IMG/VR virus record: IMGVR_UViG_3300045988_053844
Span: 1 to 46,647 of that record
Strand: one strand, 5' to 3'
DNA length: 46,647 nucleotides
From: a virus
The notes beneath the pieces were generated by a model. It did no database searches. It was not told where the DNA came from and worked only from the letters and a program-made list of their open reading frames with translations. Made by a program: the position numbers and the translations under genes. This document shows, one piece after another, positions 34,249 to 42,714 of the stretch (positions are counted from its first letter, which is position 1; each line of letters begins with the position of its first letter).

Positions 34249-35190
34249 TTGAAGGGTAAACTGATTATGACAGTTGAGCAAGCCGCTGACCGCGTGGCGT
34301 GGGAACGCGTCCGCAATAGTGGTATCGGCGGCAGTGATATTGCCTGCATCATGGGACTTAATCCCTGGAAAAGCGCTTACGCACTCTACGCTGAAAAGCA
34401 TGGCGATGTAGAAGCAGAGGACCTTTCCAATAATGAATTTGTTTATTGGGGCACGGTCCTTGAACAGGTTGTAGCTGACAGATTCTGTGAGCTGACCGGT
34501 AAAAAGGTTCGCAAATGCGGCACATTGCAGGATGAAAGCTATGAGTTCATGCTGGCGAACGTCGACCGCCTTGTGGTAGGCGAGAATGCAGGCTTGGAAT
34601 GTAAGACTGCGAACGGCTTTAAGTCGAAAGATTGGGACGGTGACGAGTTGCCGGATAGCTACTATTGTCAGTGTCAATGGTATATGGCTATTACCGGCTG
34701 CGAGAAGTGGTATATTGCTTGCTTGATTGGTGGCAACCATTTTGTATGGAAAGAAATTCCGCGCAACGATGAATTTATTGAAGATATGAGAACGCAAGCT
34801 ATTGTATTTTGGAGTAATCTCGAAAGCAATATCCCGCCGGAGGTCGACGGCAGCGAAAGCACCGCCGCAACCATTGACAAGATGAACAAGGATAAGTTAG
34901 CGGTTGACAGTATCGCACTGCCGAGTGCGGCAGAACAATACATAAAGTGTATTGACGGATTGAACGCAACAAAAAAAGTGCTGCTAGAGCAGTTAGCCCA
35001 GGCGCAGAATGCGTTAAAGCTCATGCTTAACGGCAGTGAAAGCGGCGTGTTTATGGATAGAAAAATCACTTATAAACAGACTGCCGCAAGAGTAACTCTG
35101 GATGATAAGGCACTGAAAAAAGACCTGCCGGATGTATATGCAAAGTATGCTAAGGTTGGCAAGCCTAGTATGAGGTTTACGTTAAAATGA
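34249..35190 (+). CDS. YqaJ-type (lambda Exo-like) recombination exonuclease, 313 aa
   Basis: GIGGSDIACIMGLNPWKSAYALY signature. PD-(D/E)XK-like DRLV...ECK. AAGGAGG RBS 9 nt before the TTG start. Confidence 0.85.
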   Translation: MKGKLIMTVEQAADRVAWERVRNSGIGGSDIACIMGLNPWKSAYALYAEKHGDVEAEDLSNNEFVYWGTVLEQVVADRFCELTGKKVRKCGTLQDESYEFMLANVDRLVVGENAGLECKTANGFKSKDWDGDELPDSYYCQCQWYMAITGCEKWYIACLIGGNHFVWKEIPRNDEFIEDMRTQAIVFWSNLESNIPPEVDGSESTAATIDKMNKDKLAVDSIALPSAAEQYIKCIDGLNATKKVLLEQLAQAQNALKLMLNGSESGVFMDRKITYKQTAARVTLDDKALKKDLPDVYAKYAKVGKPSMRFTLK

Positions 35191-35441
35191 GCCTTACAGA
35201 GCAAGAAGAATTAGGCTTAATCTTCTTCCATAAACGGAAGAAATTAAGTCTGCTGCAAGGTGATGTTGCTAAAATGGTCGGTTTAGAAAAGCCAACTATC
35301 AGCTCATACGAATGCGGCGTAGTAAAAAATATTGCATTGCGCACACGTGTAAAATTGGCACAAGCATTAGACTTGTCGCTGGAAGAAATTTTATATGACA
35401 GCGAAAAAGATTGTTTGAAATTAAGGAGGTTAAAAGAATAA
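35187..35441 (+). CDS. XRE-family HTH protein, 84 aa, inserted between exonuclease and RecT
   Basis: LSLLQGDVAKMVGLEKPTISSYECG HTH. ATGA overlap upstream and TAATG overlap downstream. Confidence 0.65.
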   Translation: MSLTEQEELGLIFFHKRKKLSLLQGDVAKMVGLEKPTISSYECGVVKNIALRTRVKLAQALDLSLEEILYDSEKDCLKLRRLKE

Positions 35442-36277
35442 TGGCAACTATTAATGGTATTCAAAAAAGAAATAATAGCAGTACTGCAAAGGCACCGTCG
35501 CCTTTAAGCTTAGCAATTAACAGCGCAGCGGTCAAAGAACGTTTCGAAAAAATGCTTGGTGAAAACGCCGGCAGTTATCTGTCTAGCGTGTTAACAGTAT
35601 ACAACAACGATAAACTGTTGCGCGCAGCGGATTATCATACAGTGCTTGCAGCAGCAGCTACGGCAGCAAGCCTCAAACTTCAAATCGTGCCAACTCTCGG
35701 CGAAGCATATATTGTTGCTTATGCCGGTATAGCTCAATTTCAAATTGGATACAAAGGTTTAATTCAGCTCGCTATGCGCAGCGGGTATATGAAAAAAATT
35801 ATCATGGTGCCAGTTTATGAGGGAGAGTTGAAACATTGGAATAAATTCGATGAGACTTATGAACTCGGCGAAGCGGTAAGTGATAATGTAGTGGGTTACT
35901 TCGCGGCCATCGAAACAGTTGGCGGTTTTAGAAAAGCGCACTATTCAACCAAAGAGCAGGTACTTGCTCACGCAAAACGCTTCAGCAAGGCGTTCAATAA
36001 AGGACCTTGGAAAACTGACTTTGACGCAATGGCCTGCAAAACAGTCTTGTTGCCTATTTTGAAAACATATGCACCTAAGTCTATCGAATTATTGACTGCC
36101 TTTGAAAATGACGGAAAAGCCGCTGTGCTCAACGAAGAAACCGGCGAGGCTGAATACATCGACGTTGACGCAGAGAACGCTACAGAGCAAGCGCAGGAGC
36201 TTGCAGAGGGTGGCAAGGTTGATACTGCAACCGGTGAAATCTTCACGGCAGAAGAAATTGAAGCAAGCATGAAATAA
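35441..36277 (+). CDS. recT: RecT-family single-strand annealing protein, 278 aa
   Basis: AAGGAGG RBS. Contains the RecT-typical GYKGLIQLAMRSGYMKKI. Confidence 0.85.
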   Translation: MATINGIQKRNNSSTAKAPSPLSLAINSAAVKERFEKMLGENAGSYLSSVLTVYNNDKLLRAADYHTVLAAAATAASLKLQIVPTLGEAYIVAYAGIAQFQIGYKGLIQLAMRSGYMKKIIMVPVYEGELKHWNKFDETYELGEAVSDNVVGYFAAIETVGGFRKAHYSTKEQVLAHAKRFSKAFNKGPWKTDFDAMACKTVLLPILKTYAPKSIELLTAFENDGKAAVLNEETGEAEYIDVDAENATEQAQELAEGGKVDTATGEIFTAEEIEASMK

Positions 36278-36289
36278 CCAAAATCATCG

Positions 36290-36383
36290 GGGACAAAATG
36301 TCCCGAAAAGTGGGGACAAAATGTCCCCCAACTTTGGGACAAAATGTCCCCTAAAAATTTGAAAGGAGCGGGACAAAATGTTG
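36290..36383. repeat. Iteron cluster 1: GGGACAAAATGTCCC palindromes (3 perfect copies plus 1 degenerate)
   Basis: Copies at 36290, 36313 and 36336 (23-bp period) and 36370. The last copy contains the ATG of the next ORF. Confidence 0.85.
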
Positions 36384-36686
36384 AATGTAAAAGCGACACC
36401 GTGCGAAAAAAGTAAAGCAATAGTTCTTGTAGGTAAAGGACACTTTGGCTTCAGTAACAAATTTGCGGACGATTTAGAAGAAGCAAAGCCAGATGCTTTC
36501 GACTTATTCTTTGAGCTTATCAAGGGAGCAGCTGGACTTCATCTTCTTTCTATGTATTCGTATAGAAAGAGCAATCCGAAACGCTGGTATAGATTTTTGA
36601 AGTTCTGCAAGAAGGACGGAAGAATCAAGGTATACCGGAAGAACAATAAAATGGTGTACGAAGTGCTGACATACTTCGAGGAGTAA
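36378..36686 (+). CDS. Unknown protein between the two iteron clusters, 102 aa
   Basis: GGAG RBS. Basic C-terminus (RKSNPKRWYRFLKFCKKDGRIKVYRK). Confidence 0.5.
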   Translation: MLNVKATPCEKSKAIVLVGKGHFGFSNKFADDLEEAKPDAFDLFFELIKGAAGLHLLSMYSYRKSNPKRWYRFLKFCKKDGRIKVYRKNNKMVYEVLTYFEE

Positions 36687-36689
36687 AAC

Positions 36690-37520
36690 ATGGCTGGCAG
36701 GTATTATTGGTTAAAACTCAACGAAAACTTCTTTGAAAGTGATGTTGTTGAGTGGTTAGAGGACCAGGAAAACGGCGAAAAATACGTACTCTTGTACCTT
36801 AAACTGTGCTTAAAATCATTGAAAACTGACGGCGTACTTGTTCGGCAGGTCGGCAAAATGACTATTCAGCATACTGCTGAATCAATCGCTAAACAGACGC
36901 AATTTGATATTGAAATCGTCGAAAGTGCGCTTGCTTTGTTTGAACAAATTGGCCTTATTGAGAAAAACGATAAAGGCGAAAGCTACTTGCCGGAGGTTGC
37001 TAACATGACCGGCAGCGGTAGTGCGTCAGAATCAGCGACTAAGAAAAAGACGCAACGTCAAAATAAAAAGGGACAAAATGTCCCCGAAAAGGGGGACAAA
37101 ATGTCCCCCGAAAAAGGGACAAAATGTCCGACAGAGATTAGAGATAAGAGTATAGAGTATAGAGATAAAGAAAAGGATGATTATCATCATCCTAAAAGAA
37201 ATGACGATGACGAGGAAAAAACGCATACTGAAATTTTTGCCTTGTGGGAGAAAAACATGATGCCGCTTACTCCAATCGTCGGAGAAAAACTGCAAGCCTT
37301 GTTAGGTGAGGTTGGCGAAGCTGCCGTTGAGCAAGGAATACTAGCGGCGGTAGAGCACGGCGCAAGAAACTTTGCGTATGTGCAGACCGTAGCAAGAAAC
37401 TATGCCAGCGGCAACAGCAAGAAGCAAGGCAAGGAATATACAGGCATGGACCTAGTGAACGAATTGTACGGAGGCGAAGAAGATGCTGCAACCGCAGAGA
37501 ATAGCCCAAACGATTGTTAA
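36690..37520 (+). CDS. Replisome organiser (Phage_rep_org_N-like N-terminus plus DnaD-like C-terminus), 276 aa
   Basis: YYWLKLNENFFESDVVEWLEDQENGEKYVLLYLKLCL at the N-terminus. The C-terminal IFALWEKNMMPLTPIVGEKLQALL...FAYVQTVARNY is DnaD-like. Carries internal iterons. Confidence 0.75.
   Translation: MAGRYYWLKLNENFFESDVVEWLEDQENGEKYVLLYLKLCLKSLKTDGVLVRQVGKMTIQHTAESIAKQTQFDIEIVESALALFEQIGLIEKNDKGESYLPEVANMTGSGSASESATKKKTQRQNKKGQNVPEKGDKMSPEKGTKCPTEIRDKSIEYRDKEKDDYHHPKRNDDDEEKTHTEIFALWEKNMMPLTPIVGEKLQALLGEVGEAAVEQGILAAVEHGARNFAYVQTVARNYASGNSKKQGKEYTGMDLVNELYGGEEDAATAENSPNDC
37070..37130. repeat. Iteron cluster 2 inside the replisome-organiser gene (probable ori)
   Basis: GGGACAAAATGTCC(C/g) at 37070, 37093 and 37116, with the same 23-bp period. 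Encodes the linker KGQNVPEKGDKMSPEKGTKCP. Confidence 0.8.
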
Positions 37521-38094
37521 ACTGCAACAGGCAGGAAAACGGATGCCGCAGGACATACGGCCCGGCTTTGACCGCCTGGAAGAAGCGAAACGAATCTTGT
37601 CAGAAACAGTCAACCTTTGGGCAGGAATTTTTAATCAGCAGAATATAGGCCTTGACCGGTGGGAGAAAGCAGAGCAGATTGCGCTTACCTTGACCGGTGC
37701 GAACGGCCTTAACGTGAATATAATCAGCCCGGCGCTCATGCAGGCGGCTTTGAAGCAGGCAGAAGAAGCTCATGTGCAGGAGAATATAAACCGCTGCAAC
37801 ATGGAGAAGTTGAGCGACGGCAAGCCGCTTGCTGATAGGCTGAACAGTATGCTGCTCAAATGGACAACGGCAAAGCTGGCAGAACACCGGCTCATTATGC
37901 CGTATATGCCGCAGAACAAAGATGTGTTTGAATACGGCCGGCAAATTGGCTTGAATGATAACGCTATTGACAATCAATTCCGTATCCTGCAATGCTACAT
38001 GAATGACTTCGCATACAGTTGCAAGCATCATGAACCTTGTAAAAGTAAGTTGCTGAAATGTGGCGATGAGCTTACTTTGGAGGTGCTGGCGTGA
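37483..38094 (+). CDS. Unknown replication-module protein, 203 aa (no P-loop seen)
   Basis: GGAGG RBS. Overlaps the upstream gene by 38 nt. No Walker A motif. Confidence 0.5.
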   Translation: MLQPQRIAQTIVKLQQAGKRMPQDIRPGFDRLEEAKRILSETVNLWAGIFNQQNIGLDRWEKAEQIALTLTGANGLNVNIISPALMQAALKQAEEAHVQENINRCNMEKLSDGKPLADRLNSMLLKWTTAKLAEHRLIMPYMPQNKDVFEYGRQIGLNDNAIDNQFRILQCYMNDFAYSCKHHEPCKSKLLKCGDELTLEVLA

Positions 38095-38522
38095 GGAATT
38101 GGGCGGCATGGGTCGGCATGAAGTACGGCACGTTGACCATTGAAAAGTTTTTAGGTTATGAGGACGCACGAAACACTTATTTTTTAGTGCGGTGCGATTG
38201 CGGAAAGACAAAAAAAGTTAAAACCGGCGAATTCCTGCGAGGGAAAGCGAAATCTTGCGGCTTGCTGAATTGCAAACGCAAAGTCGCTAGACTGTTAGAC
38301 TTGCCGCAACCGCCGAAAAGCGACCCGGAGCCGAATAGAGAAATAACAAGCGCGATTGAAGCGCGCATAAAACCTAAATACTTCTGCAAGGCTGTTGCCC
38401 CAGAGTGCGTGATAAGTACACTCTTACACATCTGCTGCTGTGAGTGCGACAGACCTTGCAAGCGGTGTGAGAATACGCCGCAGAAGTGCGGAGCGAGGGA
38501 GAGAAAGAAATGCAATTCGTAG
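38091..38522 (+). CDS. Cys-rich protein, 143 aa
   Basis: GTGA overlap with the upstream stop. GMKYGTLTIEKF...VRCDCGKTKKV...KSCG is a motif common in phage proteins. C-terminal CCCECDRPCKRCENTPQKC. Confidence 0.5.
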   Translation: MRNWAAWVGMKYGTLTIEKFLGYEDARNTYFLVRCDCGKTKKVKTGEFLRGKAKSCGLLNCKRKVARLLDLPQPPKSDPEPNREITSAIEARIKPKYFCKAVAPECVISTLLHICCCECDRPCKRCENTPQKCGARERKKCNS

Positions 38523-39649
38523 ATTTCTTCGCAGGAATAGGCGGTATTCGCTTAGGCTTAGAGCAAGCCGGGCATAAATGCGTCGGCTTCTGCGAGTTTG
38601 ATAAGTACGCCAGGACAGCGTATAAAGCTATGTACGATACGGAAGGAGAGTGGGAAAACCACGATGTACGAACAGTTAAGCCTTATGACGTTCCAGCCGC
38701 CGACCTCTGGTGCTTCGGCTTTCCGTGCCAAGACATCAGCGTCGCAGGCAAGCAAAAAGGCCTGCAAGAAGGTGAGCGAAGCGGATTGTTTTACGAAGTT
38801 ATGCGACTGCTTGCCGGACGCAGGAAAGAAGATAGACCCCGATGGCTACTCGTTGAAAATGTTAAAAATTTACTTAGCATTGGAAACGGATTTGATTTCG
38901 CAAGGCTGTTGCTTGAAGTGGGGGGGCATGGGTACTCTCTCCAATGGGACACTCTCAACAGCAAAGACTACGGTGTTCCCCAAAACAGGGAGCGCGTGTT
39001 CATTATCGGCTATCTTGGAAACATCCGTGGACGAGAAGTATTTCCTATCCGACCAGCAGACGGCGAGAATCCTTGCGAACTCAACGAGATAACACAAGGA
39101 GTTGCCGATGCTCAAAGAATTTATGACGGCGGCGGACTAGCAAGAACGCTTAAAGGTGAAAGCGGTGGGCAGGGCGGTAAAACAGGCTTGTATGCTGTGA
39201 AAGTGTTAAAGCCGTATGGCTCAACAGGCGGTGTGTGTGGCTTTAAAATTGCCGAAAATAAAACAGGTATAGCGTCAACGTGTGCTGCACATGATTATAA
39301 AGGCATTAGCAGACATAATGGCAATGCTGTTGCCTGCGCGGTGCTAACGCCAGACCGAGAAGAGAAACGGCAAAACGGCAGACGTATAAAAGAGCCGGGA
39401 GAGCCTAGTTTTACTCTTACTGCGCAGGACAGACACGGCGTAGCGCTGCTTGACGAAAATATCCGTATTCGCCGATTAACTCCGCGTGAGTGCTGGCGTT
39501 TGCAAGGCTTTCCTGATGAATACTTTGACAAGGCGAAAGCGGCAGGCATTAGCGATACGCAGTTATACAAACAAGCAGGAAACGGCGTTACTGTTAATGT
39601 GGCACGTGCTATTGGTGAGAGATTAAAGGAGGTTGAAGAACATGACTAG
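38510..39649 (+). CDS. DNA (cytosine-5)-methyltransferase, 379 aa
   Basis: Motifs FVDFFAGIGG (I), FPCQDIS (IV), ENVKNL (VI), QNRERVFIIG (VIII), RRLTPRECWRLQGFP (IX) and GNGVTVNV (X). Confidence 0.9.
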   Translation: MQFVDFFAGIGGIRLGLEQAGHKCVGFCEFDKYARTAYKAMYDTEGEWENHDVRTVKPYDVPAADLWCFGFPCQDISVAGKQKGLQEGERSGLFYEVMRLLAGRRKEDRPRWLLVENVKNLLSIGNGFDFARLLLEVGGHGYSLQWDTLNSKDYGVPQNRERVFIIGYLGNIRGREVFPIRPADGENPCELNEITQGVADAQRIYDGGGLARTLKGESGGQGGKTGLYAVKVLKPYGSTGGVCGFKIAENKTGIASTCAAHDYKGISRHNGNAVACAVLTPDREEKRQNGRRIKEPGEPSFTLTAQDRHGVALLDENIRIRRLTPRECWRLQGFPDEYFDKAKAAGISDTQLYKQAGNGVTVNVARAIGERLKEVEEHD

Positions 39650-39779
39650 CGAAGAACGCGTGAAAGTTGTTAACGATATTGACGATATTTTAGGCGATTG
39701 GACGAACAGCGGCGACGATTTTTATTTGCAACAGGCGATAGCGGCTATTCGTGCAGCGATTGAAAAGGAGAAAGAGTAA
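39642..39779 (+). CDS. Small acidic protein, 45 aa
   Basis: ATG overlaps the end of the MTase gene. The next ATG follows the stop directly. Confidence 0.35.
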   Translation: MTSEERVKVVNDIDDILGDWTNSGDDFYLQQAIAAIRAAIEKEKE

Positions 39780-39953
39780 ATGACGATTAAAGAGCTTTAC
39801 GAATGGGCAGTAAAACATGACGCAGAAAATGAGCATTTAACATTAGATGTTTTGTCGCATTATACTGGTTATGCCACTGGACTTGATGAAAAAATGATTG
39901 TTATAGATAGCGGCAAAAATAAAAAACCTAATGGTGTGCGTATTATAGTGTAG
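39780..39953 (+). CDS. Small protein, 57 aa
   Basis: TAAATG junction with the upstream ORF. Confidence 0.35.
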   Translation: MTIKELYEWAVKHDAENEHLTLDVLSHYTGYATGLDEKMIVIDSGKNKKPNGVRIIV

Positions 39954-39982
39954 GTCATCTTAGAAGTAAAGAAGGTATAAAG

Positions 39983-40438
39983 ATGAGTAAAAATTTAATC
40001 CCGCAAATCGCCAAAATGTTGGGTGTAGAGATTGGCGAAAATTTTAAGATTAAAGGCGCAGACACAGACTATAACGAGTATACTTATTTCTTTGCTGATA
40101 GCGGATTAAAGGTGAAATTTGATAAACATCCAGATGTAATTCCGTCAACCGCTTTTGCAGCGGTGCCAGACTTATTGAATGGCGATGCAGAGGTCATCAA
40201 AATGCCGTGGAAGCCGAAAGAAGGTACTGACGTTTATACATTTAGCTTCACAACACATGAATATAACTCACGATTTTGCCCACATAAAGGCGTTTGGTAT
40301 GTTACCAAATGGAATTGGGCCGGGTTCCCTTGGCAGATTGCTACATTAGACAAAGGCTGGGTATTCCCCACACGTGCAGAAGCCGAAGCTGCGTTACCTG
40401 CTGTGGCTGCGGAAATAGGTGTGGAGTATGAACTATAG
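39983..40438 (+). CDS. Unknown protein, 151 aa
   Basis: GAAGG RBS. Trp-rich segment VTKWNWAGFPWQIATLDKGW. Confidence 0.55.
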   Translation: MSKNLIPQIAKMLGVEIGENFKIKGADTDYNEYTYFFADSGLKVKFDKHPDVIPSTAFAAVPDLLNGDAEVIKMPWKPKEGTDVYTFSFTTHEYNSRFCPHKGVWYVTKWNWAGFPWQIATLDKGWVFPTRAEAEAALPAVAAEIGVEYEL

Positions 40439-40448
40439 GAGGCCTTAA

Positions 40449-40949
40449 ATGAATTATGGCGATAAACATACCGAGGATAGCCTTGTGTCACGTTTGGGGC
40501 GTTTATATGGCATTGAGCGTGGCTTAGATTGCGGCCCCAATATCATAATGGACCAGTACTGGAGAGTATGGGACGGCGGAGAACGGCAAGACCGATACTC
40601 GGGATGCTACGAAGCCGACTTTCTGTACATAACCAATAGTAATTATCTTTATGAGGTCGAAGTTAAAATCAGTATTTCTGATTTTAGGGCAGACCAAAAG
40701 AAAGAGAAGTATCACGACCACCCAGACATTAAAGGCTTTTACTATTTCGTTCCGCAAGAACTTTACAGCAAGTATAAAAACGAAATTAGAGCTACGTGCA
40801 AGGAAAAGGGCGCAGGCTTAATTGTAGATGGTTATCCAATCACAACAGTTTTAAAGCCTAAAGTGCGCAAAGAAGTTAAACCGCTGACCGATAACGGGTA
40901 TATTCATTACCTGCGACTGTTTGCCAAAAAGTGGGTGAGAGAGCGATGA
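40449..40949 (+). CDS. PD-(D/E)XK-fold protein (MmcB-like by recollection), 166 aa
   Basis: ADFLYITNSNYLYEVEVKISISDF gives a D...E-x-K arrangement. AGGAGG RBS. Confidence 0.45.
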   Translation: MNYGDKHTEDSLVSRLGRLYGIERGLDCGPNIIMDQYWRVWDGGERQDRYSGCYEADFLYITNSNYLYEVEVKISISDFRADQKKEKYHDHPDIKGFYYFVPQELYSKYKNEIRATCKEKGAGLIVDGYPITTVLKPKVRKEVKPLTDNGYIHYLRLFAKKWVRER

Positions 40950-41116
40950 AAACAGAAGGAAGGACGAAAACAACAGTTATTAGCTCTAGGCGTAGCAACC
41001 GCGTCTATTTAGTGTTCGACCAAATCAAGGTAACAAAGCCTCGCAGACAGTACTATACGGATGATTGGCGGTGGCAGATGGGGATTATAAAAGAGATTTT
41101 TACTTTTCCCTTCTAA
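40946..41116 (+). CDS. Small basic protein, 56 aa
   Basis: ATGA overlap with the upstream stop. Confidence 0.3.
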   Translation: MKTEGRTKTTVISSRRSNRVYLVFDQIKVTKPRRQYYTDDWRWQMGIIKEIFTFPF

Positions 41117-41119
41117 AAC

Positions 41120-41167
41120 TCCCTTGAAAAAGTTGTAGCTGGGGATAAAAATTCCCTTGAAAAAGTT
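41120..41167 (+). repeat. Two direct repeats TCCCTTGAAAAAGTT, 33 bp apart
   Basis: Copies at 41120-41134 and 41153-41167, each preceded by TAAAA. A partial copy (AATTCCCTTG) lies at about 41510. Confidence 0.7.
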
Positions 41168-41181
41168 TAGGAGGTGAGAAA

Positions 41182-41400
41182 ATGAATAACAAGCCTATAT
41201 GTGGCGAATGGCATGGCAATGACGTTGTGCCGAGCGAAAATGAACTCTGTATTTTTGAAATCAAAGTCGGAGAATCGTCAAAAGGAGACATATTTATTGG
41301 CTACAGGCAATGTGACACAATCGCTAGAGAGAGCTTTGACTGCGAATTCGCATGTTTTGAAGATGCCGTTATTCGCTGGTGCTATATTGATTTAAATTAA
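41182..41400 (+). CDS. Unknown Cys-containing protein, 72 aa
   Basis: AGGAGGTGAG RBS. Confidence 0.5.
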   Translation: MNNKPICGEWHGNDVVPSENELCIFEIKVGESSKGDIFIGYRQCDTIARESFDCEFACFEDAVIRWCYIDLN

Positions 41401-41549
41401 GCCCATGGGTGCGGCGGCTGGGTTGCCGAACGGCAGTAGGTTGCGGACTTGGCAACGGTAGGCCCATTATTGTTATGGACTGATGAAACAGGCCTGCGTA
41501 AAATCCAAGAATTCCCTTGCCGCCGCTTTTTATAAAGGAGTGATACAAA

Positions 41550-41750
41550 ATGAGCAGGTTAGATAGCAAACCAGTAGATGAATTGCAGTTGAAACGCATC
41601 CAAGATTTAAATGTGGCTGCCAAATATCTTGAATACAGAATCAACGAGCTGTGTCCTAAAGGCAGAGAACGAAAGATTGCATTACAAAAGCTTGAAGAAG
41701 TTATGATGTGGGCAAATAAAGCAATCGCGTTTGAGGGTGCAGACGAATGA
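41550..41750 (+). CDS. Unknown helical protein, 66 aa
   Basis: AAGGAG RBS. The motif KIALQKLEEVMMWANKAIA recurs in small phage proteins as I recall. Confidence 0.5.
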   Translation: MSRLDSKPVDELQLKRIQDLNVAAKYLEYRINELCPKGRERKIALQKLEEVMMWANKAIAFEGADE

Positions 41751-41893
41751 TTGACGATGATGAATATTATCCTTGCGATAATTGCGACAATCTCTGCGAT
41801 GAATGGGAACGGCAATACTGCTGTGAACTGTGCCGCTATTACGGCGGTGGGGACGAAATGGAATGTGCCCATTGTGACCCCATGAATATTTAA
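41747..41893 (+). CDS. Cys-rich (zinc-binding-like) peptide, 48 aa
   Basis: ATGA overlap. Contains CDNCDNLCDEW...CCELC...CAHC. Confidence 0.4.
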   Translation: MIDDDEYYPCDNCDNLCDEWERQYCCELCRYYGGGDEMECAHCDPMNI

Positions 41894-41904
41894 GGAGGTA
41901 AAAA

Positions 41905-42261
41905 ATGATTAAATATTACGATATAGAAGCTTTAAGTAACAGAGTTAGATATGCAATTCGCGGAACGTATTTGTTCGGCGAAGACCAAATAGTCGTAGAA
42001 TACGTTATGTATATAAATGGCAGTATTTTTGGTAATGAAATTCTGCAATCTTTTACCAATGATGTGCCGGATTTTATAGACGACGCTTACATTTGTGTCA
42101 AAGGAGATTTAGAAATTGACATAGATGAGGAGTTCGGCAATGTTGAAGAAATTCGCGTCTTTAACAGCAATGGTAAAATAGTGTTCTGCTGCTATGATGC
42201 GGAGGTTTTACAGCAATACCTTGTAGGTGTTGAAATTGTCGGAGTTGAAAATCGGGGGTGA
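41905..42261 (+). CDS. Unknown protein, 118 aa
   Basis: AAGGAGG RBS. Confidence 0.5.
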   Translation: MIKYYDIEALSNRVRYAIRGTYLFGEDQIVVEYVMYINGSIFGNEILQSFTNDVPDFIDDAYICVKGDLEIDIDEEFGNVEEIRVFNSNGKIVFCCYDAEVLQQYLVGVEIVGVENRG

Positions 42262-42265
42262 GGAA

Positions 42266-42544
42266 ATGACAAATGAAAAATTAAACGTCCTGCTGTTCGC
42301 TTTCCGCTATGCCGTGCATAGAATCCCGACGCAGAGTCTGGCGGCTATCCAAAGTGAATTGGTGGAGAATCTCCATGAAATGCCGGATTGGATGTTGGAA
42401 CAAATGGAACGCGACATTGACTGGAATTTTCAGTTAATGGAGATGCGCAGAGGCAAAGACGGCAAGGTTAAGTTTGATGATGACTGCGAATTTCAGCGGC
42501 CGATATTGGAGGCAATTAAACAGGAAAGGGAAGCGAGACAATGA
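42266..42544 (+). CDS. Unknown protein, 92 aa
   Basis: GGGGGTGAGG RBS before ATG 42266. Confidence 0.5.
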   Translation: MTNEKLNVLLFAFRYAVHRIPTQSLAAIQSELVENLHEMPDWMLEQMERDIDWNFQLMEMRRGKDGKVKFDDDCEFQRPILEAIKQEREARQ

Positions 42545-42714
42545 AGTATCTTGTAACCTGGAAGAGTATCGCTTTTCCCGATATGGACTTGCAAACCTGC
42601 GTTGAGGCTGAGAACGCCGATGCAGCGCAGGTTAAGGCAGAAGCAGAAGTGTCGGAAGATTTTAAGGATGTCTATTATGTTGACTATGTGAAGGAGGCAC
42701 AAAAATATGAATAA
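42541..42714 (+). CDS. Small acidic protein, 57 aa
   Basis: ATGA overlap upstream. Overlaps the next start by 8 nt. Confidence 0.4.
   Translation: MKYLVTWKSIAFPDMDLQTCVEAENADAAQVKAEAEVSEDFKDVYYVDYVKEAQKYE

Noticed and set aside
36290-37130. Regularly spaced short palindromic repeats that might be a CRISPR array
   Set aside because: The repeat is only 15 bp, with spacers of about 8 bp and a 23-bp period. The copies lie in two small clusters, one inside a coding region. No cas genes are present. The pattern fits replication-origin iterons.
37600-38211. 203-aa minus-strand ORF mirroring the 37483-38094 gene
   Set aside because: It has the same length and span as the sense ORF, no RBS and poor sequence character. 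It is an antisense shadow.
41401-41475. tRNA-like G+C-rich segment
   Set aside because: There is no 7-bp acceptor stem complementary between the ends and no T-loop GTTCRANNC. It cannot be folded into a cloverleaf.
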